Of a stretch of DNA of 64,000 bases, positions 38,609 through 49,109 are shown piece after piece; position 1 is the first letter of the stretch; each line of letters starts with the position of its first letter. The notes under the pieces are model-generated. The model saw nothing but the letters and a program-made list of their open reading frames with translations. It searched no databases and was not told where the DNA came from. The DNA comes from a virus, in IMG/VR virus record IMGVR_UViG_3300024346_000039, positions 11,587-75,586 of that record; one strand, written 5' to 3'. The position numbers and the translations under genes are program-made.

Positions 38609-38647
38609 AAACAAAGCAAAAACCCCGCACCAAGAGGCACGGGGTTT
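38609..38647 (-). terminator. Rho-independent terminator of the fibre operon
   Basis: Minus strand AAACCCCGTGCC-TCTT-GGTGCGGGGTTT followed by TTGCTTTGTTT. Confidence 0.8.
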
Positions 38648-38661
38648 AGGCTATTTAATTA

Positions 38662-39048
38662 TTATGCAACGTTTGCAAAACGAACGCGACCATAGATTGA
38701 AGTCCCGCCGTCACGACTATAAAACTCTAGTACAGACTTTCCAGTTGTTGCAAGGGTAGGTGTTCCTCCACCATCCCAAGAAACGTTTGCAAAGTTGACT
38801 GTGTTTGACCCACGGTTAGCAACTTCAACCCACCATGTGTTGGCATAGTTATCAGGCACATTAGAAAATGTGATTGTTGATGTTGCAGTCTGGTTTCTTA
38901 GAACAGTCACAGGGAAGTCAATAACGCTCACAGTAATTGCGCCGTTAGCAGCAGCACCAGTAAATGTTTGTAGACGTGCTGTAACGCCTTGTGTGATGTA
39001 AGCATCAGTTGATGCGGTTAGCACCTGGGGTGACATTGTAATTGGCAT
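38662..39048 (-). CDS. Putative virion structural / fibre-tip beta protein
   Basis: TITFSN.P...W..G.TPTL...GKSVLEFYS.DGG..IYG motif of phage fibre C-terminal domains. Confidence 0.6.
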   Translation of the reverse strand: MPITMSPQVLTASTDAYITQGVTARLQTFTGAAANGAITVSVIDFPVTVLRNQTATSTITFSNVPDNYANTWWVEVANRGSNTVNFANVSWDGGGTPTLATTGKSVLEFYSRDGGTSIYGRVRFANVA

Positions 39049-39051
39049 TAT

Positions 39052-39348
39052 TTATTCCTCCGCAGGGGTTTCATCAGAAGACTTCTTCTTTGAAGAGGTC
39101 TTTGCAGCAGGTGCTGCTTCTTCTGCTGCTGCTGCAACTAGTTCTTCCCATACTGGGAGACCCTTTGGCAGTTCAGGAGCAAATGTTTTGGTCTTCATGT
39201 TGTAAATCCAACCAACTGAAGGAGGCAATACAGAGTCAGTAATGTCTATAGCCGCATACATTATTGCCTCTGGCCCAATTACATCTTCGCTTTCAGCAGC
39301 GACAATGTTTTGAACCTTGCCGCCGCCTACTAGAGCAAATTTTTTCAT
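39052..39348 (-). CDS. Small partner (fibre chaperone-like) of the glycine-rich protein
   Basis: FAL....V.NIV...SVGW.Y...F.P pattern. AGGAG RBS. Confidence 0.55.
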   Translation of the reverse strand: MKKFALVGGGKVQNIVAAESEDVIGPEAIMYAAIDITDSVLPPSVGWIYNMKTKTFAPELPKGLPVWEELVAAAAEEAAPAAKTSSKKKSSDETPAEE

Positions 39349-39365
39349 TATTTATCTCCTATACC

Positions 39366-42300
39366 TTACGCTGTGAACTTCTCAGTGTAACGAATAATAA
39401 CAGTGCCATCAGCACCATTTCCACCGTTAGCAACGTATGGATAATACTGAACTGTGTTGAAGTCAATATCGCAAACGTCACCAGCAGACATATTTAACAG
39501 TTCAACTGCAACTTGGAAGTATGCACAATTTGCTGGAGCAAGTGGTGGCTGCCATGTTGAGATTGTTCCTGCGACTGTATCAGAATATGTTGCTGCAACA
39601 AGTGCTGCGTTAACTGATGGACGGTCTTCACGAATAAGAACCTTGTTGATGTCATACCACTGAATAGTAGGACGAGCAACCTTTGTTCCCAAGTTTGGTG
39701 TTCCTGGGTTTGAACCAGTAGCCAAACGGAATGAGAAGCCTGAGAAGAACAACTGTGTGCGAGGCAAGATTGGGAAATCTGTCCAAGATGTAACTACCTT
39801 AGCATTTCCAGCATCCTGAATTGTTGTACGAAGTGCGTTAGTACCGTACTTAGTAGAACCAGCAAGAAGTGCTGTTGTAGCGTTGTATACAGGAGCCCAG
39901 CGAGCCATATCTGTATTTGGAGCAGTTCCTGCTTCAAATTGAATGAATGTTGATGCTGAGTGTGTAGCAAGTGCCAAAGGTGAGTTAGCACCATTTGAAC
40001 CACCACCGCCACCACCAGAACCTGTATTAGGAGCAGCATCAAGTCCGCGAGAGTAAACGTCTGTAACAAGACCGCCACCCTGACCAGTTAAGTATGCGAT
40101 GTAAGTGTGTCCACCCTTACCGCCACCTGCTTGACCGCGACCTGGGTTATTGTTTGAACCCTGTGCAAAAGCACTCCATCCGCCTCCGCCGCCTCCGCCG
40201 CCGAGTTGTGTAACACCAAGTGTTCCAGTTCCGTTAACAAGAACTCCTGGACCACCATCTCCACCATAAGCAGGGGTAGCAACGTTAGATGCAAGAATTG
40301 CGTATCCGCCTTGGTTACCTTGCTGCTGAACATTCTGAAGCATTGTTGAGCCAGTTGTTGCGTAACCAGCAGTAGTGACACCACCAGTAATCTGAGGGGC
40401 AAAACTCATAGCGTTTCCACCAGGACCACCAGAACCAGCACCGCCACCACCATATGTAGGTGTGTTAGTTGCATTTGTGATTCCGTGTCCACCTGCGTTA
40501 GCGCCTGGAAGACCAAACTGCCAGAAGCGAAGGTTAACGTTGTATGTTCCGCCTCCGCCGCCGCCCTTGGCTAGAAGGAGAGGTGCAGTAATTGTTGCAG
40601 AGTAGTGTGCTTCTCCAGCCCATGTAAAGCCAGAAGAGTTTCCATCTTTGTAGAATGTAACTGAAGCGCCCTGCTCAAGTTGAGCAAATGCTAGGTAGAA
40701 CTCAGGCTCTTGACCACCTGTTGAGTTGTTAGCAGCATTAGCAAAAGTTGCTCCTAAGCGAACATAAAATGCGTTTGCAGGTGCTGTTGCGCTTACTGTA
40801 TAGCGACGACCAGGTGTTGCCTGAAGGTTGCTTGTACCGCTCATTTTAGTGCCAGTTGTGCCTAGAAGAGCAGCAGTTCCTTGTGTGCGTGAGATGGCAT
40901 TGCCATCTACATCGAAGAACTCAAGGTAAGCGCTAGCGTTTCTATACTCTTTCCATGCCCATGCATAGAATGAGCCTGTGTAAACCTGTGCTGGTGTTGC
41001 TTTGATGAAGTCATGTGAAACTTCCATGTTTGCACCAGTTGCAACAGTAGAAATCATCTTAAGAGCCACGCCTGAGTTGTAGGTAGGTGGTCGGTATGCA
41101 GTTGCAGAAGAGCCAACTTCAACCTGAACGTTATCAAACAACATAGTTACGTTAGCAGGAACAAGAAGTCCTACATAAGCCCACTTAGCAGTTAGACCTG
41201 CCGCGTATGCTGGAAGACCAGTAAATGTTGCAGAAACACGGCGCCATGCACCAGAAACAATACCTGTGTGAGCAAATGTTCCAGTTCCGCTTACTGCTGC
41301 TGCGTTGTTAGCAGAAAGAGTAATTGTTGTGCCAGCAATATTTACAACAGTCGCTGCTGCACCAACACCAGTACCAGACACATTCTGTCCGATAAAGATA
41401 CCGTCAGCGCTATCAACAGTAATAAAGTTGTTGCCCTGAAGACCAGAAATTGTCTTAGAAATTGCTCCACCATAACCAGAGAGTGGAGATGTAATTGTAA
41501 CCTGAGTTACGTTATATCCACCAGATGCTGGAGAACCTGAAGAGTAAACAGTTCCTGTACCAGATGAAGTTCCCTGGTTGTTTGTTGGGAAGTTAGTACC
41601 ATCACCAATACGCAACTGAACAACAAGGTTCTGTGGTGTAGGGCTTGTGTGGTAGACGTACATAGAAACTGTGTAGGTTGCGTTAGGGTCATAAGCAAAG
41701 CCAGTTGTTCCGCCAGATAGAGCACCTGCGGCTGAAGTTGAAAGACCTACTAGACGAGCACCAGTTGTTGAGTTAGTACAGATAAGTGCGTTAGCACCTG
41801 AAGATGTACCAATCGCTGCTGGTGAAACCATTTCAGCAAGTTTTGGATAAGGGTTTGAAGATACCTGAGCAGTAATAGAGCCCTGGTTATCAAGTACGAA
41901 GAATGAAGAGCCAGTGAGAGCAACGTCTTCTAACTGAGCATACTGAGCCTGAATTACGTTGTTTGACTGGTTTGTTCCCAAAGATGCGGAAAGCGAAATA
42001 TTATCGTTATAGATAATGCTTGTTGGGGTAATTGTGCAAGACTGTAGAAGGAATGTAATTGTTCCTGAAACAGTACCTGAGTTAGCAACAGATAAAGTAA
42101 TTGTGTTGCTTGCAATTGTAGTAACAACCGCGTTAGCACCAATACCAGTACCTGTTGCTGTCATACCAACATAAATACCAACGTTATCTGGACGAATATC
42201 AATAGTGAAAAGACCACCAGTACCTGTTGCAGTCTTCTGTGCCTGTTGAATATTGTTTGCTTCCCAGAGAGAAGTTCCCTTGTTAAAAGAAGGGTTCATC

Positions 42301-42680
42301 AAAAGGTTTACAGGAGTTGAGCCACCAAATGTTGTGGTTCCGCCTACGCCTCCTGGCATTGTGTTGATGTTGTCAGTAGCACCAGTTGTTGCACCCTGGC
42401 CACCATGTCCACCTGCACCAATTGAAACGTTGTATGTAGTGCCAGCAGTAACAGGAACTTGACGCTGGACAACCTGTCCACCGCCGCCACCGCCACCAGC
42501 AACGACGTCAGCGCCACCTCCGCCACCGCCGCCGCCACCAACAGCAACAACTTCTACTGCTGTGATGCCAGTTGGTACGGTAAATGTGCCGTTCGAGTTG
42601 AACTGGACTTCACGAATCGAGAAGCGTCCAGAGTTGTCATTAGGAAATACAATTAAATCTTTGCTACCTGAAATAGCCAT
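39366..42680 (-). CDS. Large glycine-rich virion protein with carbohydrate-binding-like modules
   Basis: FTVPTG.TAVEV.AVGGGGGGG at the N-terminus and GGNG.DG.VIIRY at the C-terminus. Internal NLL.NPSF, DNVQVE.GS.AT.Y and AQLEQG motifs. Confidence 0.7.
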   Translation of the reverse strand: MAISGSKDLIVFPNDNSGRFSIREVQFNSNGTFTVPTGITAVEVVAVGGGGGGGGGADVVAGGGGGGGQVVQRQVPVTAGTTYNVSIGAGGHGGQGATTGATDNINTMPGGVGGTTTFGGSTPVNLLMNPSFNKGTSLWEANNIQQAQKTATGTGGLFTIDIRPDNVGIYVGMTATGTGIGANAVVTTIASNTITLSVANSGTVSGTITFLLQSCTITPTSIIYNDNISLSASLGTNQSNNVIQAQYAQLEDVALTGSSFFVLDNQGSITAQVSSNPYPKLAEMVSPAAIGTSSGANALICTNSTTGARLVGLSTSAAGALSGGTTGFAYDPNATYTVSMYVYHTSPTPQNLVVQLRIGDGTNFPTNNQGTSSGTGTVYSSGSPASGGYNVTQVTITSPLSGYGGAISKTISGLQGNNFITVDSADGIFIGQNVSGTGVGAAATVVNIAGTTITLSANNAAAVSGTGTFAHTGIVSGAWRRVSATFTGLPAYAAGLTAKWAYVGLLVPANVTMLFDNVQVEVGSSATAYRPPTYNSGVALKMISTVATGANMEVSHDFIKATPAQVYTGSFYAWAWKEYRNASAYLEFFDVDGNAISRTQGTAALLGTTGTKMSGTSNLQATPGRRYTVSATAPANAFYVRLGATFANAANNSTGGQEPEFYLAFAQLEQGASVTFYKDGNSSGFTWAGEAHYSATITAPLLLAKGGGGGGTYNVNLRFWQFGLPGANAGGHGITNATNTPTYGGGGAGSGGPGGNAMSFAPQITGGVTTAGYATTGSTMLQNVQQQGNQGGYAILASNVATPAYGGDGGPGVLVNGTGTLGVTQLGGGGGGGGWSAFAQGSNNNPGRGQAGGGKGGHTYIAYLTGQGGGLVTDVYSRGLDAAPNTGSGGGGGGSNGANSPLALATHSASTFIQFEAGTAPNTDMARWAPVYNATTALLAGSTKYGTNALRTTIQDAGNAKVVTSWTDFPILPRTQLFFSGFSFRLATGSNPGTPNLGTKVARPTIQWYDINKVLIREDRPSVNAALVAATYSDTVAGTISTWQPPLAPANCAYFQVAVELLNMSAGDVCDIDFNTVQYYPYVANGGNGADGTVIIRYTEKFTA

Positions 42681-42708
42681 TGTTCTTTAGCCTCTCGTTT
42701 CTGTTTTA

Positions 42709-43044
42709 TTACGCGGTGACTTCTACGCCTGAAATAAGTACATCAAGCGCATTATTGGATGAAGCACCAACATATACGACATCGTTTGGGTTCATAACCT
42801 GACGAATATCAAAGTTTACAGTTCCGTTGGCTGGAACTTGTAGACCATTGCAAAAATTAAATGCTGTTGCTGAGTTAAAGCCGCCAGTTCCAAACTGTAC
42901 GGTGATTGTAGAAACAGATGATGTCTTGTTTGCTACAACGATGTTTGTGATGATGGTGTTTCCACCTGCTGGCACTTGGTTATAAGCGGTGACGCCAGAA
43001 GTAGTTGCTACACCTGCGAAAAGTTTCTTTGCTGTAGTTGGCAT
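42709..43044 (-). CDS. Small beta-sandwich putative structural protein
   Basis: VPA...TII.NI.VAN...VPAN.T...D....ISGVE pattern; operon coupling. Confidence 0.6.
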   Translation of the reverse strand: MPTTAKKLFAGVATTSGVTAYNQVPAGGNTIITNIVVANKTSSVSTITVQFGTGGFNSATAFNFCNGLQVPANGTVNFDIRQVMNPNDVVYVGASSNNALDVLISGVEVTA

Positions 43045-43382
43045 TATGCTAACACTCCCATGTATGAGTTGATGGTTAAATCATTTGCTGTTGCAGTGAT
43101 TGTTGCGAGTTTTGTGTTTCCTGCTGAGTTCACTGCCGCAACTTGCGTAGTACCAGCCGTGTTGACTGCGTTTACCTGAGTAGTGCCAGCGTTATTCACG
43201 AGGGCAACAGAGGCTGAAGTAGCAGCAACAATATCATTCACTCCTAGGAGTGAGCCTAGAGTCTCTAATGCCTTAGAGATGAACACTAGGTCCTGAGCAG
43301 TATATGTACTAGCAGCGAGGCTAGTGGTAATTTCTGCCTTAACCGCATCAATTTGGGTAGACAGGCTGTCATAACTAGGCAT
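43044..43382 (-). CDS. Hypothetical helical protein with NxAGTTQV repeats
   Basis: GGAG RBS; 11-aa repeats. Confidence 0.65.
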   Translation of the reverse strand: MPSYDSLSTQIDAVKAEITTSLAASTYTAQDLVFISKALETLGSLLGVNDIVAATSASVALVNNAGTTQVNAVNTAGTTQVAAVNSAGNTKLATITATANDLTINSYMGVLA

Positions 43383-43449
43383 TATTTCTCCATTCCTTGA
43401 TTGTAAATTCTAGCAGTTTTTTTGCTATGGGTGTTTTTGTATTTTAGCA

Positions 43450-46400
43450 TTATGCCTGGGCCTCAGTCCATGAGACACGAGCAGAAATGGTGGCCTGGGC
43501 TGCTCCAATATTTGTTGCAGTGATGACTAGAACGTCAGGAGCGTTAGGATAACTTGGGCTAGCAATGTTTCCATTACCACTCAAAATTGAGTTTCCAAGT
43601 TCACGAATTGTTCTCAATTCGTAGTTTGTAATGTTAAATGCGGTACCACCAGCGGCTTCTGTATAGAAGGAGAACACTTCGTCTCCACCTTGAACTGAGC
43701 CAGTAGCAGCAACCTGAACACCACCGATAGGGCCTGTATTATCAAAATAAAGCGCCTGAGCCAGTGAACCAGAACCTACGCGCTCGCGCTCCCAGTCAAA
43801 AGGAAGACCTAGATATGGTCTTACACCAGTGAAGTTGATTACTTGTCCATTAGCAATACCGCCAGCGGCAACAGGTTGAGACAACTGAATTGTTGTTCCA
43901 AAGATACCTGTAATAACGGCACCTGCTACAACCGATGCTGAGGAGCCCGCTGCTCTTACAGACATACCGATTGAAAGGTTCTGAACGCTGCTCATATTAA
44001 CGAATGACTGGAACTGAGTATTTGCGTTTGCATATGGGGCTGCTGCTGCAATTACTGTATACCCAGTTACATCGAAAGAAGAAGAAGCATGGTTGTTATA
44101 CGAGATATTTGTTGGATTTAGGACTCCACGAATGAGGAACTGACCATTAGCAGAAATACCCATTGACACAAGTTTCATCTGCATACGGTTTACAAGTTCA
44201 CGAGCACCAAAGTTCTTTGCTACAGCGTTATCTACTGAAGGAGCCAGACGAACAGCAACAAGAGGACGGTTTACACCGTTAGGCACTGTAAGGTTTTTCT
44301 GCATACCAGCAGTAAAGGTGTAGTTAGAGTCATCATCAAAACGACCATCCATAATTACAGATGAACCCCAGTGGGAAATCATAGGGGCACAGGTCTGAGT
44401 AACTGTTTGAACAACTACCTGACTTGCACCATTTCCACCAAGAGTTTCATCTGGATTAAATGATAGTTCTGTAGAAGCACTACCTGCTGCCAAAACAGTA
44501 ATTGCTCCTGGGAAGAATACAGTGTAGGTTTGACGACGTGCAACAGTTAAAGGATATCCTTTTGCTGTTGGATTCCAAGGACCGATAGCGCTATAAGAAA
44601 TCATTTCGCAAGCGCTACTGCTTTTAATAAATGCGTACCCGCTAGTAGGCCATGCTTCTACGTTATCAACAAAGACTGTAGTGTCGTTTGGCTGCAAAGT
44701 TGAACCAACAGTTCCTGCTGCTCCTGAAGTTAAACGAGCACTCTTTGGCTCGTTATGTACTTCGTAACGAGCAGGTAGGTTACCTGAGCGCTGATATGCA
44801 GCATTGTTAATGTTGTTGTTAGCCATACGATGGCAATAGACCACGTCACCGCGGATTGTCCTAAATCCCCAGCGGATGAATCCTGCGCCATACCATGTGT
44901 AGTCAATGTAGACCATCTGCATTTTCTTAGGGTCTAGAACATATCCTGAAGGACCTGTTCCATCCATCTTGTCAAAGTTCCATGCATCTTGACGAACACG
45001 AATCTCTTGAGTCTTTAAAATGCGGCCATTTGTAATACTTGCACCACGATATGTAGGATTTATATACATTTCTGTATCACTAAAAATGTTATTTACAATG
45101 TAAGTTTGGCCACGAATAACTACTTTATCTCCAACAGTAAGTTGTTTTCTAAATAACGTTCCTACACCAATAATTTGTCCAGAGAATGTGTTTGCACTAA
45201 TACGGCCAGCCAACTCGGTATTTGAAAAACGACGAACAACATACATATATTGACCATCATATTCAACATAAAAACCGTTCTGGTCATCAAACATACCTGT
45301 ACGAGCAACAGCGCCCTTCCATCCAGAAACTGTTACTGCACGGTTTGTTCCTCCTGGAGCAGTATCTGTCAAAGTAAGTGCTGCTGGAAGAGTTATCTGG
45401 TATGTAAATGTGTTGGTATCGCCAATACTTGCAACAATAAAACTTCCATTAAATGGATTGTTTAGTGCTACGGTTTCAACGCCTTCAATAAGAACAGTAG
45501 CACCTGGCTGTAAGCCGTGGTCTTGTAGAGTAACTACAGTAACGTTCTTTGTTCCAGCAGAGAGAACATCGCTTGCAACCAAACTTACAATATCAAAAGA
45601 TGGAGTAAATTTTGCACCAGTCGAAAATTGAATTGACTTACCTGACTGGTAGCGGAAGTAACGACGAGTTTGACGAATAGTTTGAGCACCTACAGCATTA
45701 TTAAGTGTTGTTAGAGAAACTCCACCATCTGTTGGTCGGTGCTGAACATAGCCTTCTGGTTTTGTATAAATCACAGAAGATGATGAGGTAGATACAGAAG
45801 TAACTACAGTGTCAGAAATATCAAAGGTAAGAACTCTAGGTGTAGGAACAGTCTTTACAATCCAGTTACCATTCATACCACTTGTGTTATTGATAACAAT
45901 AGGTGTCCCTGGGAAGAGACCATGAGGCTGATTAAAGGAAAGTGTAATTACTGAAGGATTTCCGCCACTTGTTGTAGCAGCAAAACCATTAAGAGTAGAT
46001 GTGCTTGCAATACCGCCAGGGATATGTGCGTTATCAAAAGTATCTCCACCATATACGGTTGAGTAGTTGGCAATAGCAATTGAGCCAGAAACCAATCCAC
46101 GGGCAAAGTATGTAAATGTTGTTGGAGTTGGAGTTGTGTTTACAAGGAAGGTTCCTTCAGCACGGAAGTTAGTTGTATCCTGAACGCTTACGATGCTTCC
46201 TGGAACTAAGTTGTGAAAAACAGTAGTTGTTACAGTAATAAGAGAACGTGGTCCCTGACCGTTTCCAAGAATATCTACGTTCTCAAAGGAGTTACCACCT
46301 GTGCCCTTTGCAAAGAATGAAGGGTAGTTGTTCATCAAGAAAAGTGCTTCCCATTTAGATGGCTGAACAGAGTATTCAAAGTCTGTATCCATCAAAGACT

Positions 46401-46746
46401 GTGGCGGAGCAGTACGAAGTTTATCTACGGCATCGAGAAGAGTGTCAGAGAAAGTTACTGTCTCATTTAACTCGTCTACAATAATTGATAACTTGTCAGT
46501 AGATGACATCCCTGTAGTTGACATACCAGAGCCAAGAACCACTGTTGTTGACGGGTCCGTTGGGTTATTTGAGTATGTAAATACCGCTCCTGCACTTGCA
46601 GCATCAGCAAAGTTGTAGATAACTACACCCTTTGTGATGTTAGTAATTAAAAGGAGACGCTCTTCTTGAACAACACGAGGGATGACAATGGTCTTTGTTG
46701 ATGGATTAAAGGTATAAGTCGTACCTCTGATTACTCTTCTTGACAT
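43450..46746 (-). CDS. Large putative virion structural protein (1098 aa)
   Basis: N-terminal YTFNP...LLLITN....IYNFAD, SLMDTDFEY..Q.SKWE, QTRRYFRYQSGK, IDYTWYGAG motifs. Three inserted beta-modules. Confidence 0.65.
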   Translation of the reverse strand: MSRRVIRGTTYTFNPSTKTIVIPRVVQEERLLLITNITKGVVIYNFADAASAGAVFTYSNNPTDPSTTVVLGSGMSTTGMSSTDKLSIIVDELNETVTFSDTLLDAVDKLRTAPPQSLMDTDFEYSVQPSKWEALFLMNNYPSFFAKGTGGNSFENVDILGNGQGPRSLITVTTTVFHNLVPGSIVSVQDTTNFRAEGTFLVNTTPTPTTFTYFARGLVSGSIAIANYSTVYGGDTFDNAHIPGGIASTSTLNGFAATTSGGNPSVITLSFNQPHGLFPGTPIVINNTSGMNGNWIVKTVPTPRVLTFDISDTVVTSVSTSSSSVIYTKPEGYVQHRPTDGGVSLTTLNNAVGAQTIRQTRRYFRYQSGKSIQFSTGAKFTPSFDIVSLVASDVLSAGTKNVTVVTLQDHGLQPGATVLIEGVETVALNNPFNGSFIVASIGDTNTFTYQITLPAALTLTDTAPGGTNRAVTVSGWKGAVARTGMFDDQNGFYVEYDGQYMYVVRRFSNTELAGRISANTFSGQIIGVGTLFRKQLTVGDKVVIRGQTYIVNNIFSDTEMYINPTYRGASITNGRILKTQEIRVRQDAWNFDKMDGTGPSGYVLDPKKMQMVYIDYTWYGAGFIRWGFRTIRGDVVYCHRMANNNINNAAYQRSGNLPARYEVHNEPKSARLTSGAAGTVGSTLQPNDTTVFVDNVEAWPTSGYAFIKSSSACEMISYSAIGPWNPTAKGYPLTVARRQTYTVFFPGAITVLAAGSASTELSFNPDETLGGNGASQVVVQTVTQTCAPMISHWGSSVIMDGRFDDDSNYTFTAGMQKNLTVPNGVNRPLVAVRLAPSVDNAVAKNFGARELVNRMQMKLVSMGISANGQFLIRGVLNPTNISYNNHASSSFDVTGYTVIAAAAPYANANTQFQSFVNMSSVQNLSIGMSVRAAGSSASVVAGAVITGIFGTTIQLSQPVAAGGIANGQVINFTGVRPYLGLPFDWERERVGSGSLAQALYFDNTGPIGGVQVAATGSVQGGDEVFSFYTEAAGGTAFNITNYELRTIRELGNSILSGNGNIASPSYPNAPDVLVITATNIGAAQATISARVSWTEAQA

Positions 46747-46768
46747 ATTTTTATATCCTCGCCATCGT

Positions 46769-47305
46769 TTACAGTAGGGCCAGAGCGATTAGGCTGCTGG
46801 ATGTTGCGCCAATATTTGTAATATTTGTAGTTGAACTTACTGCTGTGTCTCCGAAGAGTCCTAGTCCTAGCAATGAATTCATTTCTAACAAACTAATTCT
46901 ATTTGTATCTGCTGTAGTTCCGTTTGCTCCAGCAATACCTTGTGGGCCAACAGCACCAGTAGGACCTGTTGCTCCTGGTGCACCATTTGCTCCTTTAATA
47001 TTGCCTTGCAGCACCCATGTGCTGGTAGACGAACTATACGCATAAAAGTTTCCGTCTGTGGAGTTTAGGTAAACATCTGCTTGTAGAGGACCAGCAATAC
47101 CTGCTGATTCTGGAGCAACTGTATTAACAGTTATTCTACTTCCGCGAGTTCCTGCAACACCTGCTAAACCAGTCGGTCCAGTAATTGATAAACCTTGCGG
47201 TCCAGTCGGTCCTGCGGGACCTGTAGGTCCTGGGGCTCCTTGAGCGCCCGGGCGTGAACCAGCAACAACTACCCATTCGGTACCTGTCCAGCGTTTTAAT
47301 GACAT
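46769..47305 (-). CDS. Short collagen-like protein
   Basis: G-X-Y repeats; N-terminal LKRWTGTEW motif. Confidence 0.75.
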   Translation of the reverse strand: MSLKRWTGTEWVVVAGSRPGAQGAPGPTGPAGPTGPQGLSITGPTGLAGVAGTRGSRITVNTVAPESAGIAGPLQADVYLNSTDGNFYAYSSSTSTWVLQGNIKGANGAPGATGPTGAVGPQGIAGANGTTADTNRISLLEMNSLLGLGLFGDTAVSSTTNITNIGATSSSLIALALL

Positions 47306-47381
47306 TGATTGCTCCTACACTCGTCCACAAGTAGCATCTATATATTATCCTATTTTCTCTTTTACTAGTTTCACATTAGCC

Positions 47382-49070
47382 TTAAAATACCCTGACCCAC
47401 GGGACAAGGTTGGCATATGTGGAAAGTAAAGTTGGTGCTGTTAAAGAGTCTCCTCTAGGGATTGTCCCTGAAATTGTGTTGCCTGGAACTCCTAGTCCGA
47501 TAGTGTTTGCAAACTGAGGCTTTCCTAAGTCCATACCAGCCAAAAGCAACGTAGATGCCGAGGTATCTGTAGAGAAAACAACAGCATATGCCTGACCAGG
47601 AACTAAAGTATAAGATGATGGATACCCGCCAAAAATACTAAATGAGCGGGTATACCAAGCACCTGTCTCGGTCATCAAACTTGTATCACTATTAGTTCGT
47701 GCAACAAGAGCCATCGAGCCAGTTTGTAGATTTATAGTGTAAAGAAGGTATCTAGCGTATGTTGCATCAGGTAAGTCCAAAAAGCCAGAGCCATTAAAAC
47801 AAAACATAGAAATACTATTAATTGTCAGTGCTTTTGGAGATATAAGAATTGCTGCTGGATTTGAACCAAAATCAGGTCTTATATTGATAGCACAGTTAGT
47901 CCCAAGATGCGCTCTTGAAATATTTTCAAGATGACTTCCAAGAATAAAATCAACTTCATTGGTTGCTCCAGGCACACCTTGTGGTCCTGTAGGTCCAGGA
48001 ACAAAACTTTGTCCTGCTGGCCCCTGAGCACCTGTAGGCCCTGTAGGCCCTGTAGGCCCCTGCGGACCTTCTAAAATTTCATCTTGACCACTAGTATCAA
48101 CCCAAAGAACTGTTACATCTTCATCTGGTGCTGTAGGTTGAATAGCAAGATAATCTAAATCAATATCATCTTCATCAATCCACAAATCACCTTCAAAGCG
48201 TGTGCCTGTTGGTGGGTTTGGGTCAGAATAAATAAGTTCTTCAATTACATTTTCTTCAGATGCCCAAAATTGAAACTCTGTTGGGTCTGGTGCTGTTGTT
48301 CCAGAATAAATTGCAGCATTAGCACCAAGGTCATCAATATCAAACCAAATGTCTCCAGATGTTGGGCCTGTAGGTGAACCTAAACCAATATATGTTTCTG
48401 TAGGAATACCAGTTCCATCAGTTGAAACATAGTCTTTACCTTTTGGACCAATATTTCCAGTAGGACCCGTTGGACCAGTTGGACCCGTTGGACCGACAAT
48501 TTGACCAACGCTGCTCCACGCAGTTCCGTTCCATACATACATATCACCGTCTGAGTCAACAACAAATGCATCGTTTCGAGCATTACCTGTTGAGGGAAGA
48601 TTTTGTGGTGTCGCAACACTTCCTCGAACATTGATAGATGTTCCTTGAGGACCAGTACTACCTGTTGGTCCTGTTGGACCTGGAACTGTAGATGTTGGGC
48701 CTGTAGCACCAGTCGCACCTGTAGGACCAAGAATATTTCCAGTATTAAGCCACTGCCCACCTACAGTGTCCCAAACATATAAATCACCTTGAACAAGATA
48801 CGCCTCACCAATGCTTCCAACAGGGTCGGCAGCAATCAGTTGGTTGAGCGTGGCATACGAGCCAAGAAGTGTTAGACCAGCGCCCTGAGCACCTGTTGCA
48901 CCCGTTGGTCCAATAATTCCTTGTGGGCCAACAGCACCTGTAGGACCAGTAGGACCAATTGGAGCAATCTTTACTACTTGCCAAACACTGCCATTCCAAC
49001 GCCAAGTATTTGTTCCAGAACTAAATTCTTGATTTAGGGAAGGCGAATTAGGAAAATCAATCGCTGCCAT
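47382..49070 (-). CDS. Collagen-like fibre protein (562 aa)
   Basis: GPT/GAT triplets interrupted by globular modules; MAAIDFP.SP...WRWNG..W N-terminus. Confidence 0.8.
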   Translation of the reverse strand: MAAIDFPNSPSLNQEFSSGTNTWRWNGSVWQVVKIAPIGPTGPTGAVGPQGIIGPTGATGAQGAGLTLLGSYATLNQLIAADPVGSIGEAYLVQGDLYVWDTVGGQWLNTGNILGPTGATGATGPTSTVPGPTGPTGSTGPQGTSINVRGSVATPQNLPSTGNARNDAFVVDSDGDMYVWNGTAWSSVGQIVGPTGPTGPTGPTGNIGPKGKDYVSTDGTGIPTETYIGLGSPTGPTSGDIWFDIDDLGANAAIYSGTTAPDPTEFQFWASEENVIEELIYSDPNPPTGTRFEGDLWIDEDDIDLDYLAIQPTAPDEDVTVLWVDTSGQDEILEGPQGPTGPTGPTGAQGPAGQSFVPGPTGPQGVPGATNEVDFILGSHLENISRAHLGTNCAINIRPDFGSNPAAILISPKALTINSISMFCFNGSGFLDLPDATYARYLLYTINLQTGSMALVARTNSDTSLMTETGAWYTRSFSIFGGYPSSYTLVPGQAYAVVFSTDTSASTLLLAGMDLGKPQFANTIGLGVPGNTISGTIPRGDSLTAPTLLSTYANLVPWVRVF

Positions 49071-49109
49071 TTACACTCTCCTCAAGAATAGATATTTCTA
49101 ATTGTACGG

